From: an uncultured Gemmatimonadaceae bacterium
Lineage (GTDB): Bacteria; Gemmatimonadota; Gemmatimonadetes; Gemmatimonadales; Gemmatimonadaceae
Direction: 5' to 3'
Assembly: GCA_963761305.1 (NCBI GenBank)
Contig: CAVXGK010000001.1
Coordinates: forward strand, 192,001-256,000
Length of the DNA stretch: 64,000 bases
Below are positions 28,376 through 39,545 of the stretch, piece by piece; position 1 is the stretch's first letter; each line of letters begins with the position of its first letter. Below the pieces are notes generated by a model, which was given only the letters and a program-made list of their open reading frames with translations, did no database searches and was not told the origin of the DNA. Made by a program: the position numbers and the translations under genes.

Positions 28376-29839
28376 ATGCGTTCGTTGCGGTTCGTCGCGG
28401 CACTGGCGATCTCCGCGCAGTCGATGATTGCGCAGCAGCCGATCAACAAGTCCCTCACGCTCGACGACGCGATCACTACCGCGCGCCGAAATAATCCGAA
28501 CTATCTGATAGTCGCGAACAACGTCCGTTCGCAGACGGCGACGCTCCGAGAGACCTATTCGGCGCTGCTCCCGAACGTCTCGTCGAGGCTAAGCGTCGGC
28601 TATCAACAGGCAGGAACCCAGTTCGTTTCCGGGGTCGCGCTCGGCGCGAATGGGGACACCTACCAATCGAGCTACAGCCTCGGCGTCGGATATGGTATCA
28701 GCGGTGCCGCGTTGTTCGCGCCGCGCCAGGCGCGGGCAAATCGCGACGCGGCCGAGGCGGACGTTACCAGTCAAGCCGAGGCCACGCGCGCGCAGGTCAC
28801 CAATCAGTACATCGCGGCGCTCAAATCGCAGGCTCAGGCGAACCTCGCCGATTCGCTCGTAGCCTCAGCCACAGGCCAACTGGACCTTGCGCAGGCCAAA
28901 ATGGAAGTCGGCGCGGCAACGATCGTCGACATCCGCACGGCGGAGGTCGCAGTGGGCCAGGCCCAGGTCAACCAGGTGACGACGCACAACCAGGCCGTCA
29001 TCGACAAGATCCGACTCTTCCAGTACATGGGCGTTCCTGCCGACACCAGCGTGCAGCTTACGACGAAGTTCGCCATCTCAGAACCGCCGTTTACGCTCGA
29101 TTCGGTGCTCTCGCTCGCGAAGCGATTGAATCCCGACGTTGCGGCCGATGAGTCTCGGCGCTTCGCCGCGCAGATGGGCGTGCGGTCGGCGCAGATGAGC
29201 TACTTCCCAAGCCTCTCGCTCAGCACGGGATGGGGCGGGAACGCATTTTCGTACGCCGATCCGAATTACCTGGTTGGCCTAGCGTCCGGACAAGCGGCGT
29301 CGAGCTTTGCGTCCTGCATGACCCTCGACTCGATCCGCACGCGGTCAGGACTGGGCGGGGTTACGTGCCAATCGGGCACCCTTACCCCGCAACAAATCGC
29401 GAATGTGCGAGCCGGCAACAACGCGTTCCCGTTCAACTTTACAAAAAACCCGCTCGGCGTCAGCGCCGCGTTGTCACTTCCGATCTTCAACAACTACCAG
29501 CGCGAAGCGCAGGTCGAGCAAGCTCGGGTCCAGCGCGACAACGCGGACTACACGCTCAAGGCGCGCAATCTCCAGCTCACGACCGACGTGACGAACGCGT
29601 ATCTCACCCTGATCGCGGCGGCCAAGACGGTGCATCTGCAGGAGCAGACCGCCGAGAAGGCTTCGGAGGATCTCGCGGCCGTCACGGAGAAGTACAAGGT
29701 TGGCGCGGCGACCTATCTCGACGTCATCACCGCGCGCGGGCTCTACGAAACGGCCGAGATCGGCCGGGTCAATTCGATCTACGACTATCACACGGCGTTC
29801 GCCAATCTCGAGAGTGCAGTTGGGCGCCCACTCCGCTGA
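28376..29839 (+). CDS. TolC family outer-membrane efflux protein
   Basis: LTLDDAITTARRNNP, SLPIFN, YKVGAATYLDV; heads the macAB-like operon. Confidence 0.9.
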   Translation: MRSLRFVAALAISAQSMIAQQPINKSLTLDDAITTARRNNPNYLIVANNVRSQTATLRETYSALLPNVSSRLSVGYQQAGTQFVSGVALGANGDTYQSSYSLGVGYGISGAALFAPRQARANRDAAEADVTSQAEATRAQVTNQYIAALKSQAQANLADSLVASATGQLDLAQAKMEVGAATIVDIRTAEVAVGQAQVNQVTTHNQAVIDKIRLFQYMGVPADTSVQLTTKFAISEPPFTLDSVLSLAKRLNPDVAADESRRFAAQMGVRSAQMSYFPSLSLSTGWGGNAFSYADPNYLVGLASGQAASSFASCMTLDSIRTRSGLGGVTCQSGTLTPQQIANVRAGNNAFPFNFTKNPLGVSAALSLPIFNNYQREAQVEQARVQRDNADYTLKARNLQLTTDVTNAYLTLIAAAKTVHLQEQTAEKASEDLAAVTEKYKVGAATYLDVITARGLYETAEIGRVNSIYDYHTAFANLESAVGRPLR

Positions 29840-29854
29840 GGACTGCTGACCATC

Positions 29855-31153
29855 ATGGGTAAGAAATCGAAGCTGGCGATTGGAATCCTTGCTCTGGGGG
29901 GCCTGGGATTCGTCGTCGGGCTGAGTGCCTTCAAAAAGAGCAACAAGGCCGTCGAGGTCCGCATCGAGGCCGTCCAACGCCGCGATCTGATCGCGTCGGT
30001 GACGGCGAGCGGACAAGTGCGGCCCCAGACGAAGGTCGACGTTGCCTCCGACGTCAGCGGCAAGATCACCAAGCTCGCCGTGAAAGAAGGCCAGATGGTG
30101 AAACAGGGCGACCTCCTGCTGCAGATCGATCCGACGCAGGCGCAGGCGGCCGTCCAGCACGCCGAGGCGGCGCTGGCCACGAGCCGCGCTCAGTTGACCC
30201 AGGCGCAGGCGAACCTGGACGGAGCCCAGAAGAGCTTCAACCGTTCGGCGGCGATCAAGAAGGCGAATCCGCTGCTCATTTCCGACGAGCAGATCGAGCA
30301 GCTCAAGACCGCGGTGGACGTGAACGCGGCGCTCGTCGACGCAGCCAAACACGACGTCGACCAGTCGGTCGCGTCGGTAAACGACGCCCAGAGCTCGCTC
30401 GACAAGACGACGATCTTCGCGCCGATGTCCGGGCGGATCACCCGTCTCGACGTCGAGCAGGGCGAGACCGCGGTCCCGGGCACGTTCAACAAGGACGCGG
30501 CAACGCTGCTCACGATCAGCGACATGACGGTGCTCGAGACGCGCGTGAAGGTCGACGAGACCGACGTGGCGCGTATTTCGGTCGGCGATTCCGCGCAGGT
30601 TCAGCTCGACGCGTTCCCCGACACGACGTTCGTCGGCCGCGTCACGCGAATCGCGAACAGCTCGGTGAACGGCTCGACCACGGCGGCGGCAACGGCGACG
30701 ACCGATCAGGCGGTAGACTACGAAGTCACCATCCAGCTCCTGAACGCACCCAAGGACACGCGGCCGGACTTCTCGGCCACGGCCAAGGTGATCACCGACA
30801 AGAAGCTCAACGTCCTGTCGGTGCCGATCATCGCCCTGACGGTGCGCGAGAACCAGGCGATTCAGCTGGGCGACACGGCGGTCGGGTTGGGTAAAGCCAA
30901 GCCGGCCAAAGAGGTGGGCAAGAAGGACGTGGAGGGGGTTTTCGTGGTCGGAACGGACAACAAAGTGACCTTCCGGGCCGTAAAAGTGGGTATAGCCGGC
31001 GAGAAGGACTTTGAGATCGTCGACGGTGTCAAAGAGGGTGAGCGGATCGTCGCCGGTACGTACCAGGCGATTCGCGACCTCAAGGACGGCGCCGTCGTGC
31101 GAGAGACCAAGCCGGACCCAAAGAAAGCCGCCACCCCAGGGACCAAGTCGTGA
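29855..31153 (+). CDS. MacA-like periplasmic adaptor
   Basis: [44 protein letters not shown]. Confidence 0.92.
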   Translation: MGKKSKLAIGILALGGLGFVVGLSAFKKSNKAVEVRIEAVQRRDLIASVTASGQVRPQTKVDVASDVSGKITKLAVKEGQMVKQGDLLLQIDPTQAQAAVQHAEAALATSRAQLTQAQANLDGAQKSFNRSAAIKKANPLLISDEQIEQLKTAVDVNAALVDAAKHDVDQSVASVNDAQSSLDKTTIFAPMSGRITRLDVEQGETAVPGTFNKDAATLLTISDMTVLETRVKVDETDVARISVGDSAQVQLDAFPDTTFVGRVTRIANSSVNGSTTAAATATTDQAVDYEVTIQLLNAPKDTRPDFSATAKVITDKKLNVLSVPIIALTVRENQAIQLGDTAVGLGKAKPAKEVGKKDVEGVFVVGTDNKVTFRAVKVGIAGEKDFEIVDGVKEGERIVAGTYQAIRDLKDGAVVRETKPDPKKAATPGTKS

Positions 31154-31950
31154 ACCCACCAACCGTAGAAGCACCGCTCAGCGAAACGGCCGAGCGGCAG
31201 GCGATCGTCGGAAAGCCCGGCGCCGCGCCCGACTCGAAATGGATCATCGTGACGCGCGGCGTGAAGCGCGAATACGACATGGGCGGTGAAATCGTGCGCG
31301 CGCTGCGCGGCATCGATCTCGCCATCGGCCGCAACGAGTACGTTGCCATCATGGGACCGTCGGGCTCCGGTAAGTCGACGCTCATGAACGTCATCGGCTG
31401 CCTCGATACGCCGAACGCCGGCGAGTACTGGCTCAACGGCCAGATGGTGTCGAAGATGAGCGACGACGCGTTGGCCCGCGTGCGCAACAAGGAGATCGGG
31501 TTCGTCTTCCAGACGTTCAACCTGCTCCCGCGCGCGACGGCCCTGCACAACGTCGAGCTGCCGCTCGTGTACGCCGGCGTGAAGGCAGACGAGCGTCGCC
31601 GCCGCGCGATCGAGGCGCTGGGCAAGGTGCAGTTGCAGGACCGCATGGACCACCGGCCGAACGAGCTCTCGGGCGGTCAGCGACAGCGCGTCGCCATCGC
31701 GCGAGCGCTGGTCAACGAGCCGTCCATGCTCCTCGCCGACGAGCCGACCGGTAACCTCGACTCGCAGACGTCGGAAGAGATCATGAGAGTGTTCGAGTCG
31801 CTTGCCGAAGCCGGACAAACGGTCGTCATGGTGACGCACGAGCCGGACATCGCGGCGCACGCGCGACGCGTCGTCGTGTTGCGCGACGGTCTCATTTCGA
31901 CCGACGAGCGGCGCGAGCAGTTCGCCGCCCGGCTAGGCACCAACACGTAA
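31150..31950 (+). CDS. MacB/LolD-type ABC ATP-binding protein
   Basis: [34 protein letters not shown]. Confidence 0.96.
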   Translation: MNPPTVEAPLSETAERQAIVGKPGAAPDSKWIIVTRGVKREYDMGGEIVRALRGIDLAIGRNEYVAIMGPSGSGKSTLMNVIGCLDTPNAGEYWLNGQMVSKMSDDALARVRNKEIGFVFQTFNLLPRATALHNVELPLVYAGVKADERRRRAIEALGKVQLQDRMDHRPNELSGGQRQRVAIARALVNEPSMLLADEPTGNLDSQTSEEIMRVFESLAEAGQTVVMVTHEPDIAAHARRVVVLRDGLISTDERREQFAARLGTNT

Positions 31951-32033
31951 CTTCGACGAGGGTTCCCTCGTAACAACGGGAGACGTCCGAGGGCACTCCG
32001 CCCGACTCGCGTCTCCCGCTCGCATTTCAGGAC

Positions 32034-33278
32034 ATGTCCTTTTTCCAAGCCGTCCGCCTCGCGTGGGAAACGATCCGCGTGCAGAAGCTCAAGAGCTTCT
32101 TCACGGTGATCGGCGTGACTATCGGCGTGACGTTCCTGATCGCCGTCGTCTCGATCGTTGGCGGGATGGGTCGGTACATGAAGGACGACCTCATCGGCAA
32201 ACTGATCGCCATCAATTCGTTCAATCTGCGCAAGCAGCCGGACATTCAGCTGGGCGACGTAACGCAGGACGAACGCCGCGAGTGGCGGCGGCGGCCGCAG
32301 ATTCTCGACTCCGATGTGCCGGCGGTGGCCGCGGCGTTGGCGCCGGACGTGCTTTGGGCAGTGGAAAGCGGAACCAACCTGAACGTCGAGTCGGCCTACG
32401 GGTCGCCGCGCAACACTCAGTGTTCGACGGTCACGCCGGACTGGTTCTCGATCAAGAAGATGGGCGTGTCGCAAGGGCGCCCGATCGCGACCCAGGAATA
32501 CCAGCTGGGATCGCCGGTCGTGATCATCGGGCAGGACGTCGCCGACCATTTCTTCCCAAACCTGAACCCGATCGGCCGCGCCGTTCGGATCCAGGGCATT
32601 CCCTACACCGTCGTCGGGGTCGCCGAGAAACAGGGCAGTGTGTTCGGAATGTCGCTCGACAAGTTCCTGATCGCGCCTGAACGCGCTGCGCTCAATCGGT
32701 GGGTGAATCCGCACGGCGTGATCGACGAGATGATCATCCAGGGCCCGAGCGAGGAAGGGATGCGCGAAGCGATGGAGGCCGCGCGCGCCGTCATGCGGGC
32801 GCGCCACCACCTCCATCCGTCGCAGAAGGACAACTTCGCGCTGGAGACGTCGGACTCGGCGCTCGAATTTTGGAACAAGCTGCAGAGCTACCTGATCATC
32901 GCCGGCATCGCGTTGCCGACCGTGGGCCTCGTGGTCGGCGCGATCGTGATCATGAACATCATGCTCGTGGCGGTCGCCGAGCGCACGCGTGAGATCGGCA
33001 TTCGGAAATCGCTGGGCGCGCGCCGGCGTGACATCCTCAACCAGTTTCTCGTCGAGTCGGCCACGCTCTCCACCATCGGCGCCGCGCTCGGCGTGGCGCT
33101 CGGCATTGGGTTCGCCAAGGCGCTCGCGGCGATCTCGCCGCTGCCGGCAGCCGTCGAAGTCTGGTCGATCTTCGTCGGTGTTGGCGTCGGCGCCGGTGTG
33201 GGCCTCTTGGCCGGCGTCTATCCGGCGAGCCGCGCGGCGATGCTCGATCCGATCGCCGCCATGCGGCAGGAAACCTGA
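32034..33278 (+). CDS. MacB/FtsX-type ABC permease
   Basis: IMNIMLVAVAERTREIGIRKSLGA, YPASRAAMLDPI. Confidence 0.93.
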   Translation: MSFFQAVRLAWETIRVQKLKSFFTVIGVTIGVTFLIAVVSIVGGMGRYMKDDLIGKLIAINSFNLRKQPDIQLGDVTQDERREWRRRPQILDSDVPAVAAALAPDVLWAVESGTNLNVESAYGSPRNTQCSTVTPDWFSIKKMGVSQGRPIATQEYQLGSPVVIIGQDVADHFFPNLNPIGRAVRIQGIPYTVVGVAEKQGSVFGMSLDKFLIAPERAALNRWVNPHGVIDEMIIQGPSEEGMREAMEAARAVMRARHHLHPSQKDNFALETSDSALEFWNKLQSYLIIAGIALPTVGLVVGAIVIMNIMLVAVAERTREIGIRKSLGARRRDILNQFLVESATLSTIGAALGVALGIGFAKALAAISPLPAAVEVWSIFVGVGVGAGVGLLAGVYPASRAAMLDPIAAMRQET

Positions 33279-34534
33279 TGTCGACTCTGGGCGTGCGGGT
33301 CCTCAGCCTGTTCGAGGGAGTCGGCATCGCACTCGACTCGCTCAGGTCGAACCGTGTCCGTGCCGCGCTGACGATTCTCGGCGTGGCGGTGGGCGTGTTC
33401 GTCGTCGTTGTGATTTCGGCGGCCATCCACGGGATCAACGAGAGCGTCGCGCGCGACTTCGAGAAGGCGGGGCCCAAGACGTTCTTCCTGTCGCGCTACC
33501 CGATCTCGTTCGAGGCGTGCGACGGGACCAGCGACACGTGCAAATGGCTCCACAATCCGCACTTCAATCCCACCGACGCGCGCATGCTCAACACGCTGCC
33601 CAGCGTGCTCGCCGCCGAGGCGCAGCTGGGGTTGAGCAAGGAAGTGCGGTACAACGACCACGTGTTGAGCAGCACGCAGGTCATCGGAGCAACGGCCAAC
33701 TGGACCGTCGTCGACCATGCCGGCGACCTGTATCCGGGTCGCAGCTTCACGGAGGCTGAGGAAGAGAACGGCGCGCGCGTCGTGATCGTGAACGACGAGA
33801 TGGCGACGCGGCTGTTCGGCGAATCCGACGCGCTCGACAAGGTCGTCACGATTGGCGGATCGCCGTTCACAGTGATCGGCGTCTATCACTACGAGGCGAG
33901 CTTTCTCACGGGCGGCAACCGTCCGCGGGCGATCGTGCCCTTCGAGACGGCGTACCGCACGCTGCACGGCGGGATCGGCAACATGGGGATCGCCATCGTG
34001 CCGCGCGACGAGGTGACGCGCGACGAGGCCGAGGACGATGTCATCGCGGCGATGCGCGCCCGCCGCAGCCTGCGCCCCGGCGTGGACAACAATTTCGCCA
34101 TCATCACGCAAGACCAGTTGCTGGACACGTACAACAAGATCTTCGGGATGTTCTTCCTCGTCATGATCGTGCTGTCCGCCATCGGGTTGATGGTCGGCGG
34201 CGTTGGCGTCGTGGCGATCATGATGATCTCGGTCACCGAACGCACGCGAGAGATCGGGGTGCGGAAAGCGCTGGGCGCGACTCGCATGACGATTCTCTGG
34301 CAGTTCCTCGTCGAGGCCGTCACGCTCACGGCCATCGGCGCGGTCATCGGCCTCGTGTTCGGCGGCATCGCGTCGGTGATCATCCGCAGCGCCACGCCGA
34401 TCAAGGCGTCGGTGCCGCCGCTGGCCATCGTCGCGGCGTTGGGTGCGAGCGCGGTCACCGGCGTGCTGTTCGGGATGCTCCCGGCAATGCGCGCGTCGAA
34501 GCTCGACCCGGTCGAAGCGCTCCGCTACGAGTGA
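33278..34534 (+). CDS. MacB/FtsX-type ABC permease
   Basis: IMMISVTERTREIGVRKALGA, PAMRASKLDPVEALRYE. Confidence 0.93.
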   Translation: MSTLGVRVLSLFEGVGIALDSLRSNRVRAALTILGVAVGVFVVVVISAAIHGINESVARDFEKAGPKTFFLSRYPISFEACDGTSDTCKWLHNPHFNPTDARMLNTLPSVLAAEAQLGLSKEVRYNDHVLSSTQVIGATANWTVVDHAGDLYPGRSFTEAEEENGARVVIVNDEMATRLFGESDALDKVVTIGGSPFTVIGVYHYEASFLTGGNRPRAIVPFETAYRTLHGGIGNMGIAIVPRDEVTRDEAEDDVIAAMRARRSLRPGVDNNFAIITQDQLLDTYNKIFGMFFLVMIVLSAIGLMVGGVGVVAIMMISVTERTREIGVRKALGATRMTILWQFLVEAVTLTAIGAVIGLVFGGIASVIIRSATPIKASVPPLAIVAALGASAVTGVLFGMLPAMRASKLDPVEALRYE

Positions 34535-34570
34535 GCGAGGGGGCGGGAAAGGCGCAGTAGATTTCCCGCC

Positions 34571-35311
34571 ATGCCTCCCGCCCCATCTTCCGACGAGCAC
34601 GTCGATCTGCTCGCGATCGCCGCGCACCGCGACGATTGCGAGCTGACCTGCGGCGGCACGCTGGCCCGCGCAGTGCGACAGGGACGCCGCGTGGGCATTC
34701 TCGATCTCACGCAGGGCGAGATGGGCACGCGCGGTTCGGCCGAGGTGCGCGCCGACGAGGCGATGCGCGCGGCGAAGGTACTGGGCGTGACCGTGCGCGA
34801 GAATCTCGGCCTCCCCGATGCCGGGATCCTCAACGATCCGCCGACGCGCGAGAAGCTCGCGCGCGCCATTCGCCGGCTCCGTCCGCGCGTCGTGATCGCG
34901 CCGGCGATGGACGGCCGGCATCCGGATCACCACGTGTCGGCGCAGCTCGTGCGCGACGCGTGCTTCATTGCCGGTTTGGCCAAGGTCGCGCCCGACGTGC
35001 CCAAGCACCGGCCGCTCAAGATCCTCCACTGCCTCGCGTACCGGCAGGACTTCATTCGGCCGTCGTTCGTCGTCGACGTGTCCGACGTGTTCGAGCTGAA
35101 GATGGAGGCGATTCGCTGCTACAAGTCGCAGTTCGAGGGCGAGACGCAGGCCGGCGAGGTGTATCCGAGCGGCGAGCCGTTGGAGGACGTGGTCCGCCAC
35201 TACGGCGCCTATTACGGAACGCTCATCCGGCGGCGCTACGGCGAGCCGTACTACACGACCGAGATCGTGGCGGTGGACGACGTGGTCTCGCTCGAGGTGT
35301 CGACCTTTTGA
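34571..35311 (+). CDS. bshB1: Bacillithiol biosynthesis deacetylase (PIG-L family)
   Basis: AHRDDCE, DLTQGEMGTRG, RHPDH, PSFVVDVS. Confidence 0.85.
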   Translation: MPPAPSSDEHVDLLAIAAHRDDCELTCGGTLARAVRQGRRVGILDLTQGEMGTRGSAEVRADEAMRAAKVLGVTVRENLGLPDAGILNDPPTREKLARAIRRLRPRVVIAPAMDGRHPDHHVSAQLVRDACFIAGLAKVAPDVPKHRPLKILHCLAYRQDFIRPSFVVDVSDVFELKMEAIRCYKSQFEGETQAGEVYPSGEPLEDVVRHYGAYYGTLIRRRYGEPYYTTEIVAVDDVVSLEVSTF

Positions 35312-36045
35312 GCGAGGTCAACTACCAGTCGTATCTCTCGCTCGGTGAGCTGCTGTCGCTGCAGCACCCGCGTTCGTCGCCCGAACATCCCGACGAGATG
35401 TTGTTCATCGTCGTGCACCAGGCGAGCGAGCTGTGGTTCAAAGCGATCCTGCACGACCTCGACGGCCTGATCGACTCGCTCACCAAACGCGACGCCGGAC
35501 AAACGCTGTGGCACGTCCAGCGACTCAACGTGCTCGTGCGAATCGTCTCGGCGCAGCTGTCGTCGCTCGAGACGCTCCCGCCGCAGCACTTCGCGCAGTT
35601 CCGCGAGTTTCTCGGCACGTCGAGCGGCGCGCAGAGCGTCCAGTTTCGCGCCATCGAAGCGGCGTCGGGGCTCCGCGACCCGCACTTCATGCACGCGCTC
35701 GAAGAGCACGGCCCGATTCCCGATCTCGTGCGTCGCGCGCTCGAGCGACGCACGCTCCAGGATCTCTTTCTCGAGCTGGTCGAGGCCAACGGCACCACGA
35801 TCGAGAACCTTTACCTGGGCCCCGGTCCGTCGATGCTGTTCTTCGTGGCCGAGGCGTTGCTGGAATACGAGCAGCAGTTCGCACAGTGGCGGTTCAAGCA
35901 CGTCCAGCTCGTCGAGCGCGTGCTTGGCCCGCAGACCGGCGGAACCGGCGGCACCCTCGGTTCGCGGTACCTGATGCGAACGATCGACCAACGCTTTTTT
36001 CCACGCCTCTGGGAGGTCCGCGCACGGTTCTTTGGCGGGACCTGA
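35308..36045 (+). CDS. kynA: Tryptophan 2,3-dioxygenase
   Basis: YQSYLSL, DEMLFIVVHQASELWFK, SGAQSVQFR, GGTGGT; TTG start overlapping the bshB1 stop. Confidence 0.9.
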   Translation: MSEVNYQSYLSLGELLSLQHPRSSPEHPDEMLFIVVHQASELWFKAILHDLDGLIDSLTKRDAGQTLWHVQRLNVLVRIVSAQLSSLETLPPQHFAQFREFLGTSSGAQSVQFRAIEAASGLRDPHFMHALEEHGPIPDLVRRALERRTLQDLFLELVEANGTTIENLYLGPGPSMLFFVAEALLEYEQQFAQWRFKHVQLVERVLGPQTGGTGGTLGSRYLMRTIDQRFFPRLWEVRARFFGGT

Positions 36046-36066
36046 ATCGAGACGTATATTGTTGCC

Positions 36067-37236
36067 ATGGCAGAACCTATCTATCTCGACCACGCTGCCA
36101 CGACCCCGGTCCGCGCCGAGGTGCTCGAGGCCATGCTGCCGTTCTTCGGGGCGCGGTTCGGGAACCCGTCCAGCGTGCACCGCTGGGGTCGCGACGCCCG
36201 CACCGCGCTCGACGAGGCTCGGGAGCGGGTCGCTCATTGTCTTGGCGCCCAGCCCGATGAGATCTGCTTCACGTCAGGCGGCACCGAGGCCGACAATTTC
36301 GCCATTCTGGGCACCTGGCGCGCGCTGCACAGCGAGCGTCGAAACACGGTCGTAACCTCACCCATCGAGCACAAGGCGGTGATCGGCGCCGCACATCAAG
36401 CCGCGCACGAAGGGGCCGAGGAGCGACAGTGCGCCATGCTGCCGGTCGGCGTCGTCGACACGGCATCGTTCACGGCGATGGTCCGCGACGACACCACGAT
36501 CGCCAGCGTGATGTGGGTGAACAACGAGATCGGCACCATCCAGCCCGTCGCCGAGTTGGCCGCTCACGCCAAGAGCGTCGGCGCGATCTTCCACACCGAC
36601 GCCGTGCAGGCGTTCGGCAAGATCGCCATCGACGCGTCGGCGATTCCGTTCGACTTGGCGTCCGTCTCAGGTCATAAAATCGGGGCACCGAAGGGCATCG
36701 GCGCGATGTTCATTCGCCGCGGCATCGGCATCGAGCCGCTGTTGCACGGCGGCACGCAGGATCGTGGACGCCGCGCCGGCACCGAGAACATCGCGTCGAT
36801 CATCGGCTTTGCGCGCGCCGCCGAGCTGGCGGTCGCCGAGCGCGAAGAGGAGTGGCGCCGTCTCGAGTGTCTGCGCGACAAGCTTGAGCAGGCGATCCTC
36901 GCCCGCATTCCAGAGGCGGTCATCCACGGACGCGGTGCACCGCAGCGCGCGCCGCACATCGTGAACGTCTCCGTACCGGGCACCGACAGCGAGTCGATGC
37001 TCATGGCGCTCGACCTGCGCGGCATCGCCTGTTCGGCTGGGTCGGCGTGTCAGAGCGGGAGCGTGAATGCGTCGCACGTGCTCGAGGCGATCGGCGTTCG
37101 CCCGGAGCTCGGGAACGCGGCGGTTCGGATGAGCCTCGGTTCGCTCACCACCGACGCGCAGATCGATCGCGTGGCCGAGGTCTACCCCGCTCTCGTCACT
37201 AAGGCGCGCGGCATGTCCGCGGCCGCCGCCGACTGA
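36067..37236 (+). CDS. iscS: Cysteine desulfurase (IscS/NifS type)
   Basis: YLDHAATTP, SGGTEAD, HTDAVQ, SGHK, SAGSAC. Confidence 0.93.
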   Translation: MAEPIYLDHAATTPVRAEVLEAMLPFFGARFGNPSSVHRWGRDARTALDEARERVAHCLGAQPDEICFTSGGTEADNFAILGTWRALHSERRNTVVTSPIEHKAVIGAAHQAAHEGAEERQCAMLPVGVVDTASFTAMVRDDTTIASVMWVNNEIGTIQPVAELAAHAKSVGAIFHTDAVQAFGKIAIDASAIPFDLASVSGHKIGAPKGIGAMFIRRGIGIEPLLHGGTQDRGRRAGTENIASIIGFARAAELAVAEREEEWRRLECLRDKLEQAILARIPEAVIHGRGAPQRAPHIVNVSVPGTDSESMLMALDLRGIACSAGSACQSGSVNASHVLEAIGVRPELGNAAVRMSLGSLTTDAQIDRVAEVYPALVTKARGMSAAAAD

Positions 37237-37241
37237 CGCCG

Positions 37242-38384
37242 ATGGCCGCCGTCCGCAGTTCCGGTCCACCGGTCAACCGGTCCACCGGTCAACCCGACCG
37301 CGTCCTCGTCGCCATGTCCGGCGGCGTCGACTCGTCGGTCGCCGCTGCGCTCCTCGTCGAGCAGGGCTACGACGTCGTCGGCGCGACGATGAAGCTCTTC
37401 TGCCACGACGGCGATCTTCCCGATCGCCCGTGCTGCTCGCTCGACTCGGTGAACGACGCGCGGCGCGTGTGCCACGCGCTCGGCGTTCCGCACTACGTGC
37501 TGAACCTCGAGAGCGCGTTCGGCCGCGACGTCGTCGACGACTTCGTCGACGAATACTCGCGCGGGCGCACGCCGATTCCCTGCGTCCGCTGCAACACGTT
37601 CACGAAGTTCCGCGATCTGGTGACGAAGGCCGACGCGATCGATGCGCGCTGGATCGCGACAGGACACTATGCGCGCGTGATCGACGGCGTGATGCACCGC
37701 GGACTCGATCCGGCGAAGGACCAGTCGTACTTCCTCTGGGGAATCAATCGCGCGGTGCTGTCGCGGATGATTCTCCCCGTCGGATCGCAGACCAAGCCCG
37801 AGACGCGCGCCGTCGCGCATCGTCTGGGACTCGAGGTCGTCGCCGAAAAGACGGAGAGCCAGGACATCTGCTTCGTTCCCGACGGCGATCACACGAAGAT
37901 CATCCGCAGCCGCCTCGGCGACGACGCGCCGGCGTTGTCGCGTGGGCCATTCGTGCTCTCAAATGGCGAAGTCGCCGGCATGCACGAGGGCTTCGCGCGT
38001 TTCACGATCGGCCAGCGCCGCGGACTGCCCGGCGGATTTCGCGAGCCGATGTTCGTCGTCGAGATTCGCCCCAACGATCGCGCCGTCGTGATCGGCCCGC
38101 GCGAGGAGCTCCTTGGCCGCGGCGTAATCGCGCGCTCGATGAACTGGCTCGTCGATGCGCCGGACGTGGGTGCGCGCGTTCAGATTCAAGTGCGCCATCG
38201 CGCCACGCCGGCGCACGCCGAGATCGTGCGTCTCGACGCCGGCGAGATCGAGCTCGCGCTCGACGAGCCGGTCTCCGCGATCACGCCAGGACAGTCGCTC
38301 GTGCTTTACGACGGCGCGCGCGTCCTCGGCGGCGGGTTCATCGAGCGATCGGCGAAGCGCTCACTCCCAGTCCGCGCCGCCTAG
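37242..38384 (+). CDS. mnmA: tRNA 2-thiouridine(34) synthase
   Basis: AMSGGVDSS, PCVRCN, ATGHY, KDQSYFL, ESQDICF, PGQ. Confidence 0.96.
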   Translation: MAAVRSSGPPVNRSTGQPDRVLVAMSGGVDSSVAAALLVEQGYDVVGATMKLFCHDGDLPDRPCCSLDSVNDARRVCHALGVPHYVLNLESAFGRDVVDDFVDEYSRGRTPIPCVRCNTFTKFRDLVTKADAIDARWIATGHYARVIDGVMHRGLDPAKDQSYFLWGINRAVLSRMILPVGSQTKPETRAVAHRLGLEVVAEKTESQDICFVPDGDHTKIIRSRLGDDAPALSRGPFVLSNGEVAGMHEGFARFTIGQRRGLPGGFREPMFVVEIRPNDRAVVIGPREELLGRGVIARSMNWLVDAPDVGARVQIQVRHRATPAHAEIVRLDAGEIELALDEPVSAITPGQSLVLYDGARVLGGGFIERSAKRSLPVRAA

Positions 38385-39530
38385 CTAATACTTTAGGCCG
38401 CCGGCGTTGGCGAACTCGCGCATCGCCTTCTCCTGCTCTTCGGTGAGCTTCTCCGGTACGCTCACCTGCACTTCGATGATCAGGTCGCCCGTCGTGCCCT
38501 CGCGCGTGATGCCCTGACCGCGCACGCGGAATCGCTTTCCCGCCGGCGTGCCGGGCGGAATCTTGATCGCGACTTTCTTTCCGTCGAGCGTCTTCACGCT
38601 GATCTTCGAGCCGAGCGTCGCCTGCGCGATGTTGATCGGCACCGGCGCGAGGACGTCGAGTCCTTCACGGCGAAAGAAACGATCGGGTTCGACCTGGAAG
38701 GTGATGAGCAGGTCGCCCGCGGGACCGTTGCGCTGACCGCGGCCGCCCTGCCCCTTGAGTCGAATCTTCGTCCCCGTGTCGACGCCCGGCGCGACGGTGA
38801 TCATGACCTTCTTGCGCGTTCGCACCTCACCGGCGCCGTTGCACGTCGGGCATCGCTCGCTCGGCACGGTGCCTTTGCCGAGGCACATCGGACACGGACG
38901 CTGAACGGCGAAACCTCCCTGTCCGAACGAGATCGTTCCGCGGCCCTGGCATTCGGGACACATCTGAATTTTGGCGCCCGGTGCGGCACCCGAGCCGTGA
39001 CACGTCTGGCACTCCTCGTTCACCTCGAGCTCGATCGGCACCTTGCCGCCGAGCGCGGCGACGCGAAACGGAATGCTGAGCTGTGATTCGATGTCCTGGC
39101 CGCGCTCCGGACCGCGCGCCTTCTGCCCGCGTGCAGCTCCGCCGAACATTGAGCTGAACAGATCTCCAATCCCGCCGATGCCGACGTCGTTGAAGTCCTC
39201 GAACCTGAACGAGCCGCTGGCGAATGGGTTCTGTGCTCCCGCTCCGCCGGCACCCGGCGGGGGTCCGCCGGGACGCCGCTGGCCGCCGCTCCGGAACGCG
39301 TCGAACGCGCCGAGCGACCGCATGGTGTCGTACTGTTTCCGCTTCTCGGCGTCCCCCAGGACCGTATACGCCTCGGAGATTTCCTTGAAGCGGTCGGCGG
39401 CCTTGGGGTCGCTGGGGTTTTTATCGGGGTGATGCTTCGCGGCGAGTTTGCGGTACTGCTTTTTGATCTCGTCCTGCGATGCCGACGCCTGAACTCCCAG
39501 GACCGAGTAGTAGTCCTTCGTCTGAGCCAT
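38385..39530 (-). CDS. dnaJ: Chaperone DnaJ
   Basis: J domain with HPD, G/F linker, four CxxCxGxG. Confidence 0.97.
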   Translation of the reverse strand: MAQTKDYYSVLGVQASASQDEIKKQYRKLAAKHHPDKNPSDPKAADRFKEISEAYTVLGDAEKRKQYDTMRSLGAFDAFRSGGQRRPGGPPPGAGGAGAQNPFASGSFRFEDFNDVGIGGIGDLFSSMFGGAARGQKARGPERGQDIESQLSIPFRVAALGGKVPIELEVNEECQTCHGSGAAPGAKIQMCPECQGRGTISFGQGGFAVQRPCPMCLGKGTVPSERCPTCNGAGEVRTRKKVMITVAPGVDTGTKIRLKGQGGRGQRNGPAGDLLITFQVEPDRFFRREGLDVLAPVPINIAQATLGSKISVKTLDGKKVAIKIPPGTPAGKRFRVRGQGITREGTTGDLIIEVQVSVPEKLTEEQEKAMREFANAGGLKY

Positions 39531-39545
39531 GGAATCAGTACGTGC

